DNA of 64,000 bases from Lingula anatina (GCA_051362555.1 CM120645.1:14694001-14758000), one strand, 5' to 3'; counted from the stretch's first letter, positions 1-12,356 are shown. The notes: generated by a model from the sequence alone, not told the origin. Translations and numbers: made by a program.

Positions 1-488
1 TAGCCAGGTAATGGAGTCAAAATCCGTTGTCCTTGTGTACCTCCTCCCCTCCCCCTTCGTAAAATCCTGGTTTCACCAGCGCAGGGTCGTCCAACTCATC
101 AGCTACAGCATCGTATGTTTTCTCCTCGATGTCAAACTGAGAAGATTAAAAAAAGTGCATTAGATCACGCATATTGACTGAAGTAGACAGAAAAATAATT
201 TGATAAAAAACATGAGTTTGTACTGGGGAGTCATGCCTACGTCACCAGGTTTAACTTAACATCTTGGTTCTTGCTGTATTATTATCAGGATCAGCTGCAC
301 ATTTATTTAGCTGGAATAGGAGAAAAACCAATCAATCAATCAAAAAAAAAAAAAAAAAAAGATAGTAAATTAAAGAAATAGAAAGATTAATGCAAAAAGA
401 CGGTTTAATAAGCATAGTTTGAAACTAGACATTCCATTTTCCTGTTTTTTTAACGAAAATTTAGAACATGAAATTGACTAAAGCAAAG
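1..488. repeat. Segmental duplication, copy A (near-identical to 13518-14029); continues beyond the window start
   Basis: TAGCCAGGTAATGGAGTCAAAATCC... matches 13518 onward apart from poly-A length and a few substitutions near the end. Weaker homology continues to the tRNA copies at 1020 and 14976. Confidence 0.92.
17..136 (-). other. Putative terminal coding exon with an acidic peptide (FDIEEKTYDAVADELDDPALVKPGFYEGGGEEVHKDNGF*); upstream exons unresolved
   Basis: Minus strand: a polypyrimidine acceptor ttttttaatcttctcag, then 39 open codons to TGA. An identical copy lies at 13534-13653. Confidence 0.4.
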
Positions 489-1019
489 CATATACGTTGT
501 GACAGTGCATACCGTTGCTTGTCGCATCCTGTGCGTGAGAGCTGACAATTATAACCAATCTAAATAATGGTAAATGCTTAGGTTCTTCAGACAGATTTAC
601 GCAGAAAAAAAAAGAAATGGTAATTGTATTCGATATTCCCAGAGATATTTTTGTTTCAATATATCCAGAAGTTTTTTAATGGGTTTAAAAGACTTAACCA
701 TCAGGTGCAAACAAAAACAATAAAAGATTGACACATAATGTTCATTTGTTTTGTAGTTTGTAATTTGCGAAAAGCGCACTCTATGCAAATTGCTGAAATA
801 TACAAAAACAATAGTAGTTTGTATATACCTTATTAAAAGGCAAAAAGTTATTCTAAATGGGGAACGAAGGTTAAATGAGCTATAATTTCCGCTTTGTGTA
901 AATGGGTGTCACGATCCTGTATTTGTGCACGTGCGTGACCGCTAGCAATAAAAATCCGTTTTCGTAGAAGAGACACTTTCTAGTGGCACAGCTAGTCAAA
1001 ATCCATAAATTAGCAAGAC

Positions 1020-1092
1020 GGGGATCTAGCTCAAATGGTAGAGCGCTCGCTTAGCATGTGAGAGGTACTGGGATCAATGCCCAGGTTCTCCA
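1020..1092 (+). tRNA. tRNA-Ala(AGC)
   Basis: GGGGATCTAGCTCAAATGGTAGAGCGCTCGCTTAGCATGTGAGAGGTACTGGGATCAATGCCCAGGTTCTCCA folds into a cloverleaf with G3:U70 and anticodon AGC; a T-run follows. Confidence 0.9.
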
Positions 1093-1422
1093 GAAATTCT
1101 TTTCCAAACAATTGTAAAACTATGTCAAAAGTTATTATTAAATGGATAAAGTATAGGTACTCCAAAATCCCCCATATGACCGACTCTTTCCTTTTTGTAA
1201 TGAAGAAGATAAGCGCCATTTAAAACTTGAATCAGTAGGTGAAAAACTTGAAAGAATCAAGTGTTCTCTGTTACAAAAAAGTTTGTAGAAATTTGATGAA
1301 AATTGTGAAAATGTGTATCTCGACGCTGTGAATGTGAGTGACATTTAACAATCACAATATGACTTGAACATCACGTAAATGTAAAAAAGATGAACAAATG
1401 CAGTTGAGAAAGTGGGTATAAA

Positions 1423-1495
1423 GGGGATCTAGCACAAATGGCAGAGCGCTCGCTTGGCATGTGAGAGGTACTGGGATCAATGCACAGGTTCTCCA
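1423..1495 (+). pseudogene. Mutated tRNA-Ala copy (anticodon GGC; D- and T-stem mismatches)
   Basis: Four substitutions versus the consensus (AGCAC, GGCA, TTGGC, TGCAC). Confidence 0.7.
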
Positions 1496-2019
1496 GAATT
1501 TCTTTTCCAAAAAAATTGTAGAACTGTGTCAAAAGCCATTATTGAACGAAAAAGGAAATGCACTCCAAATCCCCATAATAGATGTCCCTGTCCCTTTTGT
1601 AATGAAGAAGATAAGCACCGATTTAACTTAAATCAGTAGGTGAAAAAAAAATTAAAAAAATTAAACATTTTGATTAAAGCGTTTATCTGTTGGAATTTCC
1701 AAGGAAAATATTGCATATAGTAATGTTCTCGAATACAAAAAACAAAATAATTTGTAGAAATTTGATGAAAAGTGTTAGTAAGGTTCTCGATTACATAAAA
1801 ACAAAACAAAAAATAATTGTAGAAATTTGATGAAAAGTGTGAAAATATGTATCTCGACGCTGTGCATGTGAGTGACAATTAACAATCACAATATGTCTTG
1901 AACATCACGTAAATGTTAATTTATGTGCGTTGAGGAAGCACCTTAAAGATGAACAAATACAGTTGAGAAGGTGGGTAGAGCGCTCGCGTAGGATGAAGTA
2001 TATACATGTATACTCCAAA

Positions 2020-2545
2020 ATTCCCCATGAAAATGTCGAAATCATCGAAAACTATTAATAGACCTTAGATACACATAGTTTTACAAGAAGCGGTTTATTT
2101 ACTGTTAAGTTATAAGAAAGTTGTTTGAAAACAACTCCTGTTTAACATACCCAGTTCCCCTTTCTTTTAACAACGATTGTGTTATTAGTGCACATCTATC
2201 GCATTCATTGAGCAACACAACCCGCATAATTTAGACTTCTTTCAACCCTCTCGCTCTAAGAATAACTTTTGCATATTTTTCAGACCCACATTCTCGTTGT
2301 TCGCCCATTCAGTGCCTTTTTATCGGTTTTGTTATGTTTCTAAGGTTTCTATTACTCTTTGTACCAGGGTTTGTTATAAGCATATTGTTACAGTTTAAGT
2401 TTTTTGCTCTTTTTATCCACTGCATTATTATATCTCCAAATTCATTTGCGGTATTCGAAGACTGTATCATTAGGTACAGTTATTAAGATTAATTTTGTTG
2501 TCTTTAAAACGGTAACATGCTGTATATTTACAAAAGTGACGGATA
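2020..2545. repeat. ~530-bp array-flank block, copy 1 of 3 (others ~5340-5897 and ~25030-25586)
   Basis: Shared text GAAAATGTCGAAAT...TTTTACAAGAAGCGGTTTATTTACTG...CAAAAGTGACGGATAAAAA. Confidence 0.85.
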
Positions 2546-2830
2546 AAAAATAAATCAGTAGGTGAAAATATTTGAAAGAATCACACATTTTGATCATAAC
2601 GTTTATCTGTTGGAATTTCCAAGAACATTTTTTCATAAAGTAAGGGTCTCGATTACAGAAAAGCATAAAAAGATTGCAAAAATATGACGAAAATTGTGAA
2701 AATGTGTATCTCGACGCTGTGTATGTGCGTGACAACCACAATATGACTTGAACATCATGTAAATGTAAATGTATGTGCGTTGAGGAACCACTTTAGAGAT
2801 GAACAAATACAGTTTAGAAAACCGTGTGAA

Positions 2831-2903
2831 AGGGATCTAGCTCAAATGGTAGATCGCTCGCTTAGCATGTGAGAGGTACTGGGGTCAATGCCCAGGTTCT
2901 CCA
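2831..2903 (+). pseudogene. Mutated tRNA-Ala(AGC) copy
   Basis: G1>A, D-stem GATC and GGGGTC changes versus the consensus. Confidence 0.65.
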
Positions 2904-3309
2904 GAATTACTTTTCCAAAAAATATTGTGAAACTATTTCAAAAGTTATTAATGAATGGGCGAAGTATACGTTCTCCTAAATTCCCCATATGATCGACTTT
3001 TTCCCTTTTGTTATGAAGAACATATGCAACATTTAAAATTTAAATCACTAGGTTAAAATATTTGAAAGAATCAAACATTTTGATCATAACGTATATCTGT
3101 TGGAATTTCCACGAACAATTTTGCATATAGTAAAGTTCTCGATTACAGAAAAGCATAAAAAATTACAAAAATATGATGAAAATTGTGGAAATGTGTATCT
3201 CGACGCTGTGCATGTGCGTGACAATTAACAATCACAAGATGGCTTGAACATCATGTAAATGTAAATTTAGAAATGAACAAATACAGTTGAGAAAACCTTC
3301 TGGTATGAA

Positions 3310-3382
3310 GGGGATCTTGCTCAAATGGTAGAGCGCTCGCTTAGCATCTGAGAGGTACTGGGATTAATGCCCAGGTCCTCCA
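3310..3382 (+). pseudogene. Mutated tRNA-Ala(AGC) copy
   Basis: Anticodon-stem (CATCTGAG) and T-loop (ATTAATG) substitutions. Confidence 0.65.
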
Positions 3383-3394
3383 AGGTTACTTTTC

Positions 3395-3427
<33 letters not shown>

Positions 3428-3538
3428 AACTATGTCAAAAGTTATTAAATGGATGCAGAACAGGTACTCTAAAATTCCTCCAAATGACCGATCTTTTCCG
3501 TTTTGTAATGAGGAAGAAGATAAGCGCCGTTTAAAGCT

Positions 3539-3599
3539 AAAATGGTAGAGCGCTTGCTTAGCATGTGAGAGGTACTTGGATCAATGCCCAGGTTCTCCA
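3539..3599 (+). pseudogene. 5'-truncated tRNA-Ala copy
   Basis: Starts at AAATGGTAGAGCG; the 5' strand of the acceptor stem is missing. Confidence 0.75.
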
Positions 3600-4044
3600 G
3601 AATTACTTTTCCAAAAAAGAAAAAAAATGAGGAACTATTTCAAAAGTAACTATTGAATGGACGAAGTATAGGTTCTCCTAATTATATAAATTCCCCATAT
3701 GATCGACTTTTTCCCTTTTGTAATGAGGAAAATATGCGACATTTAAAACTTGAATCATTAGGTGAAAATATTTGAAAGAATCAAATACTTTGACCATAAC
3801 GTTAATCTGTTGGAATTTCCAAGAACAATTTTGCATTTAGTAAGGTTCTCGATTACAGAAAAGCATTAAAAAAAATTGCAAAAATATGATGAAAATTGTG
3901 AAAATATGTATCTCGACGCTGTGTATGTGCGTGACAATTAACAATCACAATATGGCTTGAACATCATGTAAATGTAAATGTATGTGCGTTGAGAAACCAC
4001 TTTAGAAATGAACAAATACAGTTGAGAAAACCTTCTGGTATGCA

Positions 4045-4117
4045 GAGGATCTAGCTCAAATGGTAGAGCACTCGCTTAGCATGTGAGAGGTACTGGAATC
4101 AATGCCTATGTTCTCCA
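4045..4117 (+). pseudogene. Mutated tRNA-Ala(AGC) copy
   Basis: GAGGATC start; T-stem CTGGA/CCTAT is disrupted. Confidence 0.7.
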
Positions 4118-4316
4118 GAATTTCTTTTCCAAATAATTGTAAAACTATGTCAAAAGTTATTATTGAATGGATGAGGTATATGTACTCCAAAATTTCCTCA
4201 TATGACCGATTCTCTCCGTTTTGTAATAAGAAAGAAGATAAGCGCCATTTAAAACCTGAATCATTTGGTGAAAAACTTGAAAGAATCAAACATTTTGATT
4301 AGAACTTTAATTTTGG

Positions 4317-4425
4317 ATTTGAGCTAGATCCCCTTCATACCAGCCTTGTCAACTGTATTTGTTCATCTTTAAAGTGGTTCCACAAAGCACATAAATTTAC
4401 ATTTACGTGATGTTCAAGTCATATT
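4317..4425 (-). repeat. Inverted fragment of the array unit (upstream spacer + tRNA 5' end)
   Basis: ATTTGAGCTAGATCCCCTTCATAC...TGTTCAAGTCATATT is the reverse complement of the unit. Confidence 0.85.
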
Positions 4426-4708
4426 AGTATTACGACTAATTTAAGTATTAAATATTTTGATCAGAGCGTTTATCTGTTGGAATTTGCAAGGAAAAGTTGA
4501 CATATAGTGAGGTTCTCGATTACAGAAAACAAAATAATTTGTAGAAATTCGTTGAAAAGTGTGTAAATGTGTATCTCGACGCTGTGCATGTGCGTGATAA
4601 TTAACAATCACAATATGACTTGAACATCATGTAAATGTAAATGTATGTGCGTTGAGGAACCACTTTAGAGATGAACAAATACAGTTAAGAAAAGTCTGCA
4701 GGTACGAA

Positions 4709-4781
4709 GGGGATCTAGCTCAAATGGTAGAGCGCTCGCTTAGCATGTGAGAGGTACTGGGATCAATGCCCAGGTTCTCCA
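4709..4781 (+). tRNA. tRNA-Ala(AGC)
   Basis: Identical to the 1020-1092 copy. Confidence 0.9.
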
Positions 4782-5197
4782 GAATTCCTTTTCCAAATAA
4801 TTGTAAAACTATGTCAAAAGTTATTATTGAATGGATGTAGTAAAGGTAAGCCACAATTCCCCCATATGACTCATTCTTTCCCTTTTGTAATGAGGAAGAA
4901 GATAAGCGCAATTTAAAACTTGAATCAGTTCGTGAAAATAATTTGAAAGAATCAAACATTTTGATCGTAGTGTTTATCTGTTGGAATTTGTAAGGAAAAC
5001 TGCATATAGTAAGATTCTGGAAAAACAAAAAAAAAAAAAAAATGTAGAAATTTGATGAAAATGTGTATCTCGACGCCGTGCATGTACGTGACAATTAATA
5101 ATCACAATATGTCTGGAACATCACGTAAATGTAAATTTTTGTGCGTTGAGGAACCAATTTAAAGATGAACAAAACCAGTTCAAAAGGCGTGTGTGAA

Positions 5198-5270
5198 GGG
5201 GATCTAGCTCAAATGGTAGAGCGCTCGCTTAGCATGTGAGAGGTACTGGGATCAATGCCCAGGTTCTCCA
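5198..5270 (+). tRNA. tRNA-Ala(AGC)
   Basis: Identical to the consensus copy. Confidence 0.9.
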
Positions 5271-5339
5271 GAATTTCTTTTCCAAAAATTGTGAAACTAT
5301 GTCAAATGTTATTATTGAATGGATAAGGTATATATACTT

Positions 5340-5897
5340 CAAAATTCCCCATTCGAAAATGTCGAAATGATCGAAAACTATTTATAGACCTATAAGTAGT
5401 TTTACAAGAAGCGGTTTATTTACTGTTAAGTTATAAGAAAGTTGTTTGAAAACAACTCCTGTTTAACATACCCAGTTCCCCTTTCTTTTTACAACGATTG
5501 TGTTATTAGTAAGTGCACATCTATCGCATTCATTGAGCAACACAACCTGCATAATTTATACTTCTATCAATCCCCTCGCTCTACGAATAACTTACACCTA
5601 TTTTTCATATATACCCACATTCTCGTTGTTCGCCCATTCAGTGTCTTTTTATCGTTTTTGTTATGTTTCTAAGGTTTCTATTACTCTTTGTTTCAGGGTT
5701 TGTTTTAAGCGTATTGTTACACTTAAAGTTTTTTGCTCTTTTTATCCACTGCATTATTAAATCACCGAACTCATTTCGCTATTCGAAGACTATATCATTA
5801 GGCACAGTTATTAAGATTAATTTTGTTGTCTTCAAATCGGTTACATGCTGCATATTTACAAAAGTGACGGATAAAAAATCCGGAAAGATGAATTCAA
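5340..5897. repeat. Array-flank block, copy 2
   Basis: Matches ~25030-25586 and 2020-2545. Confidence 0.85.
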
Positions 5898-6189
5898 ATC
5901 TGCGTCATTGTAACTGGTGCATGTAAGTGAATGAGAACGAACATCAGTAGGTGGCGCTGGCTTCATGATATTGGAGGTAGCTGAAAATGATACTTTCCAC
6001 GCATGCGTCGTGGTGGAGAAAGAGGACGTGCTCGTGCCGATTGTCACCGAATGCTTGAGCTCACCCTTGTGCACGTTCAAGGTCAACAAACAGGTGGTTT
6101 TGTTTCAAACTCCGGAAACGTTGAGAATTGGAACGATCTTCATGAAGGACAGTTTGCAGCCTCCTCACAATCATTTTACTGTTATACCA

Positions 6190-6345
6190 AGCAACTCTAT
6201 GTTTTTAGATTTTATGGGTAGCAGACGATTTATATGTACTTGCAGCTTTTATCCTTCAGCTGTTTCCCTTTTTCATACAAATAACCTGTACCTTATTCTT
6301 ACTACTTTAGAAAGTTTAGTTAACACAACATTGTCTTTACAGGGC
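6190..6345 (-). mobile_element. Possible decayed Gypsy-like integrase C-terminal fragment
   Basis: The minus strand reads NVVLTKLSKVVRIRYRL...KLQVHINRLLP with stops. This resembles the PYxV...YRI...VHVNRLKP tail of Gypsy Pol; the motif is short. Confidence 0.3.
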
Positions 6346-6794
6346 AATTTGTTCCCGAAATTGTATATTTCATGTAGGCCTATCTGTCGATACATAAATA
6401 TATCTTTATCTTAAGATTAGTGAAAAATTCCTTGGTTACATATGGAGGCTTGGACTTCTACATCCGTGTGACCTGACACCTTTTAGGTTTTGTTACTCAT
6501 ACTCAAATCGGATTTTCCCATTTGCAAGTGATACTTTTACTCTTTAAAGCAAAAGAGGTCCTCATACATGTAACACTGCCATGCAGTATCGAGCAGTGTC
6601 AATTACCTGGAATCCAACTCAGACGCCGATATCCAGTAAAGTCACTTATTCCTGCATTGCCCTTCACATAGATTACATACAGTATCCCTTCTCTAGAGAA
6701 TCTGTACGAGTCTTGGTACAGAATAGCAACTAAATTTGATAAACTTTATTGAGGTTGAAGTTATACATATATTTATTTGATTCACAATTCAAAG

Positions 6795-6990
6795 GAAGCC
6801 TGGTCATTTTGGCCCTGTTGCACACCATAAGCTGTCGCTCTCACCTCTCAGGGGAGGATTCAGCCCGGCTGCCGTATTAGGCGCTCAGAGCTAGCAAACG
6901 TACCATTTCTACACTGCCAGACCAGACACCTGCTTCAGCCCCTTCGTGCTGGCGGGTGCCAAGCTGGGAGACAGCAGGTACCGTTTAAAT
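6795..6990 (-). mobile_element. SINE remnant with Meta-like and Deu/Nin-like central domains
   Basis: GC-richer island. Minus-strand GGTACCTGCTGTCTCCCAGCTTGGCAC and GCGCCTAATACGGCAGCCGGGCTGAATCCTCCCC resemble the Meta and Deu domain cores as recalled from memory; not aligned. Confidence 0.4.
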
Positions 6991-8469
6991 ACATAACATC
7001 AATATCATGAAAATGAAAATACGAACAGAAAAAAGTTTGTCCCATTCATTTATTTCCACAGGCGGAGCTTTTATGCTTCTCACACGACATGCCACCCCCT
7101 CTCTCATCGCAATTAGAAGGGGTAAAACATTAAGTTTGAATAAGTCTTGGTCGTGTAAAGTTTTAAAATTGAACCTGATGCACTGAGCAAAGTTTTTTCA
7201 TAGCAGCATAAAAATAAATAAATGATAAATGTTGCCACGCATCGAATGTAAAATTTTGAGAACTTGCCTGCATAAGGTACCCTAGGTTCTAGATTCCGAT
7301 ATTGCCAGCTCGATCTTGATTTCATATATAACCCATATCAACAATAGTAAAAGCGACTCCATCACAAGGTATATTTAAGCTAGTTAGCTTTTACGTTGCT
7401 CTGACACTCAGCGTAGCATAAGGGAGATATGATCTCAACGCCGTGATTAAAAACGGCCTCACATTTCGCATAGCCTGAAATCTGGTTCATCATAATTCCG
7501 GCAATTCGTGTCTACGTGAAATCAAAGTGCATCGACATTACCTGTTTGTATTCGACTGGTGACATTAATGTTTTTTTTTCTTTTTTTTATTTTTATTTTT
7601 ATGTAAACAATAGTGGACCGTTTTGTGGAAAAAAGTTTTGTTAACAGTTTCAGATATAGTACATAAACATCTATACTGTGTTGATGAAAGAAAAAAAAAA
7701 AGACGAATTCCCAGGAAAATTAAATTTTAGCTACATAAGTGACTAGAAGTATTTTGTGAGTTCACGTATATGTACACGCATAGCAGGGAATTCATTCTCA
7801 TTAGAAACACCAAATGGGCGAATAGATGCTACATTAACGATTCAAAATGATAATCATAAATTATAGCAATCCCAATAAAATTTACCTTTCTAAAATTTTA
7901 ATTTACATACCTATTATTGCACGCCTTTTTAATACACAGCACTGTAAGTGAACCATGCTTTTTTTCTCTCGAGATCGTCAACCCTCCCCAGTGCGAGCCC
8001 CCAAAACAACTTACTTTTTAAGGCTTGTCATTTTACGGGGATTCACTGGGGAGGCAGAAACGGAAAAAACAAAATAATAAATATAGTAGGCAGTGAATAT
8101 GCACTATAAAGATCATAAAACCATGCATTTCACAATTAAAAATAAGCAGTGAACTTAAACGTATTTCATTCTCCAAATTAAGGTAAGATTAGATTAGGCA
8201 TAGAGTCAAAATACATTTACAACTTATCAAAACGACAACTTAAAACGAAACCCGAACACTTCAAGATTCAAATCCAGCAAACTATTCTTGCGCCAAAACG
8301 ATAAAAAACCAACTTTTGATAAGAACCTCTGATACCTATTCCAACTTTCCTAGAGTTACCGAGGACTATCTGAACTTACAAACTACAGCACTTCAGCCAT
8401 TTTCTTTGGGAGGGGGGAGGGGTCTGGGTAATTCATCTCAGCAATTGGACATATGTTGCTATTAATATA

Positions 8470-8497
8470 CAACATTGGTCAAAAAGGTTGTCCCACC
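8470..8497 (+). mobile_element. Solo Tc1-family TIR fragment
   Basis: TA-CAACATTGGTCAAAAAGGTTGTCCCACC matches the terminus at 46232 with one mismatch. Confidence 0.7.
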
Positions 8498-8697
8498 ATT
8501 GAGCACTAAAATGCATACACATTACATTTTACAGGTTCTCTACACTAGTCATAACAACTTAACAACAATTATACAAATCTATACAAATATTTATGGAATG
8601 ATTACTGGGAAGCAGCACAGAATAAAACGACTATTGCTATTGATGGGTGTGTCGTTTTTTCAAACTTTCAGTTATATACAGTATAGATGTAATGTTC

Positions 8698-8950
8698 TCA
8701 AACACTTTTTGGACTGAGCAGCCACTGAATTTTTTCATGATCTGTTTTCTGCTCAGGAGGTATCATTAATCTAATTCTTCTGTCACTATGTTCTTCACAT
8801 TTCAGTAGAAAGTGGATTTCCGTTTCAATTTCATTACAGTGGGGGCACTTGCGATTTTCAGTAGGGGTTTTAGGGGACGTATAGCGGCCATGTTCAATTT
8901 CTAATTCGTGGTCACTAATGCGCATTTTTGCAATAGTATTCATTAAAAAA
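8698..8950 (-). mobile_element. Non-LTR retrotransposon (LINE) ORF2 C-terminal fragment
   Basis: RISDHELEIEHGRY...RKCPHCNEIETEIHFLLKC is the typical LINE ORF2 C-terminal CCHC region; the RT core is absent. Confidence 0.75.
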
Positions 8951-9180
8951 GATACATTTGTTATTACTCTACTTAAAATTAAGTGTTTACCTATCATATT
9001 AAAATATTAAATGTTATTTAAACTTACATGATGTATTTAGCGACTGACGTGCTTATTCGATTCAATTCTCCTAGATTTAATGTGAATGACACTATATTTA
9101 TATCACTTCAATTTTAGTTATTAGAATAGGCGGAGATTTTTCGCTACTCATTAAGCCTCATCATCATCATCATCATCATC

Positions 9181-9223
<43 letters not shown>

Positions 9224-9498
9224 GTAGGCCTACTTTGTAGTGGGTAGTTTTGATAACTTGAATAACTTCTGCTCATGATTAAAGTCGCGACGAATCGACT
9301 GAAAAATCTGAGACCTTGTTTTGTTGTGTTCGTGTAGATATCATCTAAACATGGTGGTCGTAAGCGACTTCATATTTCAAATCGCTTGAAATCTGTTTAA
9401 TCAATTTTCCAAGATGCCGAGCCTAGACGAAATTGGAGTGTACATGCATGAATCGACCTCACCTGTTTGAGGCTAACTAAGGTGCATCCACAACCAAA

Positions 9499-9790
9499 GA
9501 GCGCATTCAGAACAGTTCATCCGTGAACTTACTGATCCGCGGACTAAACATGGTCGAGCCACTTAAAAGCGATGCCGCTAATCCCTGCTGGTCTCCCCAC
9601 TTCAACACGCGTAATTAAATGGATTAAACCTCAACTCCGAGATTTAATAGCTAGGCCCCTGCAGCGACGGCGCGTGTGATGGCGGGGAGACCATTAGGGA
9701 ATTAGCGGCATCACTTTTAAGTGGGGTCTACCATAGCCTATTTAGTCTGCGGATCAGTTTATTTGCAAATCATCTGTTCTGACTGCGCTC
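9499..9790. mobile_element. Imperfect foldback / MITE-like element
   Basis: Arms GAGCGCATTCAGAACAG...CCACTTAAAAGCGATGCCGCTAAT...ACACGCG pair with CGCGTGT...ATTAGCGGCATCACTTTTAAGTGG...CTGTTCTGACTGCGCTC. AAA flanks both sides. Confidence 0.7.
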
Positions 9791-10119
9791 AAAGTTGATT
9801 CGCAGACTAACAAATCCGCGTAATCCCCGCTGGGAATCTATTCAGCCATGAGGGGAATATGCGGCAAGCTATTTAGTGGATCCGCCATTTTTCTTATATC
9901 TGCATTTATCAGAAAGTTTATTATTTATCTTGGTTTTACGAAGATTGAGTAAAATCAGTTAGCCGGTCTTTTTGGGTTGTTTAGGACTAATTACTTTACT
10001 GAGTTACTAAAACTACATCATTAATATGATACTTAAATATTTTTATTTGAGTTTCATGGAAAGTAAATATAATAGAAGGTTCCTTTAATCTCAGTATGTG
10101 GTTATATTTATTGTCTATT

Positions 10120-10332
10120 TCCTGGGAAACGTAGAGCTTAAAATTTCCCAGAATCCCAACAAAGAAATGGCATTGAATTTGCATTCAAAGAATTAGTTAC
10201 TCATTTAAATACTTGGAAAGTTACTACACGAATACTATATAAGAGAGATGAATTAGCTGGTTTGTCAACAATATCGCTAGACGATAGAGATACCCAGCTG
10301 AAGATACCAGTGCCAGGCGCTCCTTGTTGAAG
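10120..10332 (+). promoter_or_regulatory. Putative promoter and non-coding first exon of the cationic peptide gene
   Basis: TATATAA at 10236-10242; donor AAG|gtgaga after 10332; a kB-like GGGAAATTTT on the minus strand at 10140-10149. Confidence 0.45.
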
Positions 10333-11290
10333 GTGAGATGTTTTCATCGTGCTTACGGTGCTATTTTTTAAATATTACATTGAAGCTGCCTATTTTGGCA
10401 AAGTTTTATAATTGCTTACCATCTAATTTGATATAGTAACATGGCGTATTTCAAGCCACTGATTCGACAAAAACATCTTTAATAGAGTGAATGAAAATAC
10501 TGATTGATTTGCGTGACTTCAAATTTACTTTCAAGGACGTTCTGAGCGATGCACTCATGAAGCGATTAATATTCTGAAGCATGAGTCGTTATTTTTGGGG
10601 CAAAGATTTAATTTTGATTGGGTTTTCGAAAGTTTTCCGTTTAACAACCAATATCAACGTAATTGTAGTAATATATTCAACTATTATTATGTTCATGCTG
10701 CCATCACACGTACATGTATACTCGTAACTATCTCTCATTACTACATGTACGTGTATAACCTTTCGGGTGTGATCTTGCATTTAGGCGTGGCAGATAAAAA
10801 CCATCGAAATCTAGCTTATTTAAGTTACTTCCACCTACGCCCAGTATTCTTTTAGACGCGCTATGTTAGACCGTTACTATATAGTTAAAAAAAGATATTG
10901 AAATATCAAAAATATATATATATATATATATATCTTAGTCAACAAAATATATTAGATTTTGTAGAAAATGGCCATCAATATAGCAGTTTTGGGCTTTTTC
11001 TTTTTAATTTTACCGTAACGAGTAAAATTGACAAGTTTCTATCTCCATTCTAAAAGTTACTCGAAAATTAGCAGCTATCATTCTTAACGGTTTTGGTTAG
11101 ATGTGCCTTGTTGGTGAACGGATTTGATATTTCTAGGAAATTTTGTTTGTTTATAAAAGGTCAGATAAATATGCACTGAATAGACGTTCAAGATCAATCA
11201 TTACCTTTCACAAAACGTTGACGTAATTTTTTGAAGATGTCATTTTATGTTTTTTCTCACTCCATTTCTCTCTTCTCCTATCAGTCTACC

Positions 11291-12313
11291 ATGAAGCTGT
11301 ACCTGCTAATAGGCATTTTAGTGGTCGTCGTGGCTACGATGGTCCAGGACGGAGAGAGTTTTAGAAGAAGGCGGCAAGCAATCTGTTTTGCTTATTTTAA
11401 AATCAAAAGCAATTTCTATGGAAAATTTGGTTTAAAAAAGACGAAAGAATAAATAGAAATATTTCAGATAATTTTAGTCTTCTTGGTTTGATAAGCATGG
11501 GTGGCGTGTCAATTTTATTATGTTTGCAGTTATAATGAACAATTTCAGTTTGAATCAGGCAAAGGCTAAACAGAATATTGAGTGGAGATAAATTAATTGT
11601 AAGCATAACCAGAAATGAGATGATCGAATTAATAATGCACTAGTGACACTGCATACCCTAAAGAATGCTACTCTATCCAAGCTAGTGTGGGAACGAAACA
11701 TTTATTTTTAAAAAGCCCAATCTGTGTGTTACGTTAGGAAAGGGTGGATAAATTTTCAGGATATTTTGACCTCGAAAAATAGAACAGTAAATGAAAATTA
11801 AGCACACTCTATTTCCAGATTCTTCAGAAGGGTGTTCAGACACTATTGCAAGCATAACCCGTGGGCTTGCTTGGGCGACGGAGTTGATGACGTAAGTACA
11901 CCCCGGAGTGAGAGAGAGAGAGAGAGAACGATCAGAGGAAAAGGGAAGGAGCGTGATTTGGAAAATATGGGTGAAAGAGAGCAAAGAAGATTTCATAGTT
12001 TTCAATTAAATGATGAAAATATCAAATGATTTCAGGAGAAAAGACTGAGGGCCATGTTGAGCGATGTTCAAGACGGAAAGATGTCGGAGCTTGATGTAAA
12101 TGGTATGTTTTTGAGAAAAAAATTCGTTTTTTTCTGCTTATACAAAGAGTATTGTTGTTTTTAGGAGAGAAATCTTGTCACTGACTGTCTTTAAAAGTGG
12201 TATGTGACCATCCATTTTCGAATCGCTGAGATGATGACATGAATGAACGTGATGTTTTCATTCTAATTAGAGCTGGATTATCTCCACGGTCACTTGATCT
12301 GATCACAGGCCAG

Positions 12314-12356
<43 letters not shown>

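Larger units (their letters stand above)
1020..5270 (+). repeat. Degenerate tandem array of ~400-660 bp units, each carrying a tRNA-Ala gene (array 1)
   Basis: Recurrent spacer (...TATCTCGACGCTGTGCATGTG...AATATGACTTGAACATCACGTAAATGTAAA...GATGAACAAATACAGTTG) precedes each tRNA. It contains deletions, a truncated copy and an inversion. Confidence 0.9.

Noticed and set aside
1031-5094. Short ORFs over the tRNA arrays (also 22358-22552 and 24480-24791)
   Set aside because: Chance frames in repeated AT-rich spacers and antisense tRNA; not conserved between units.
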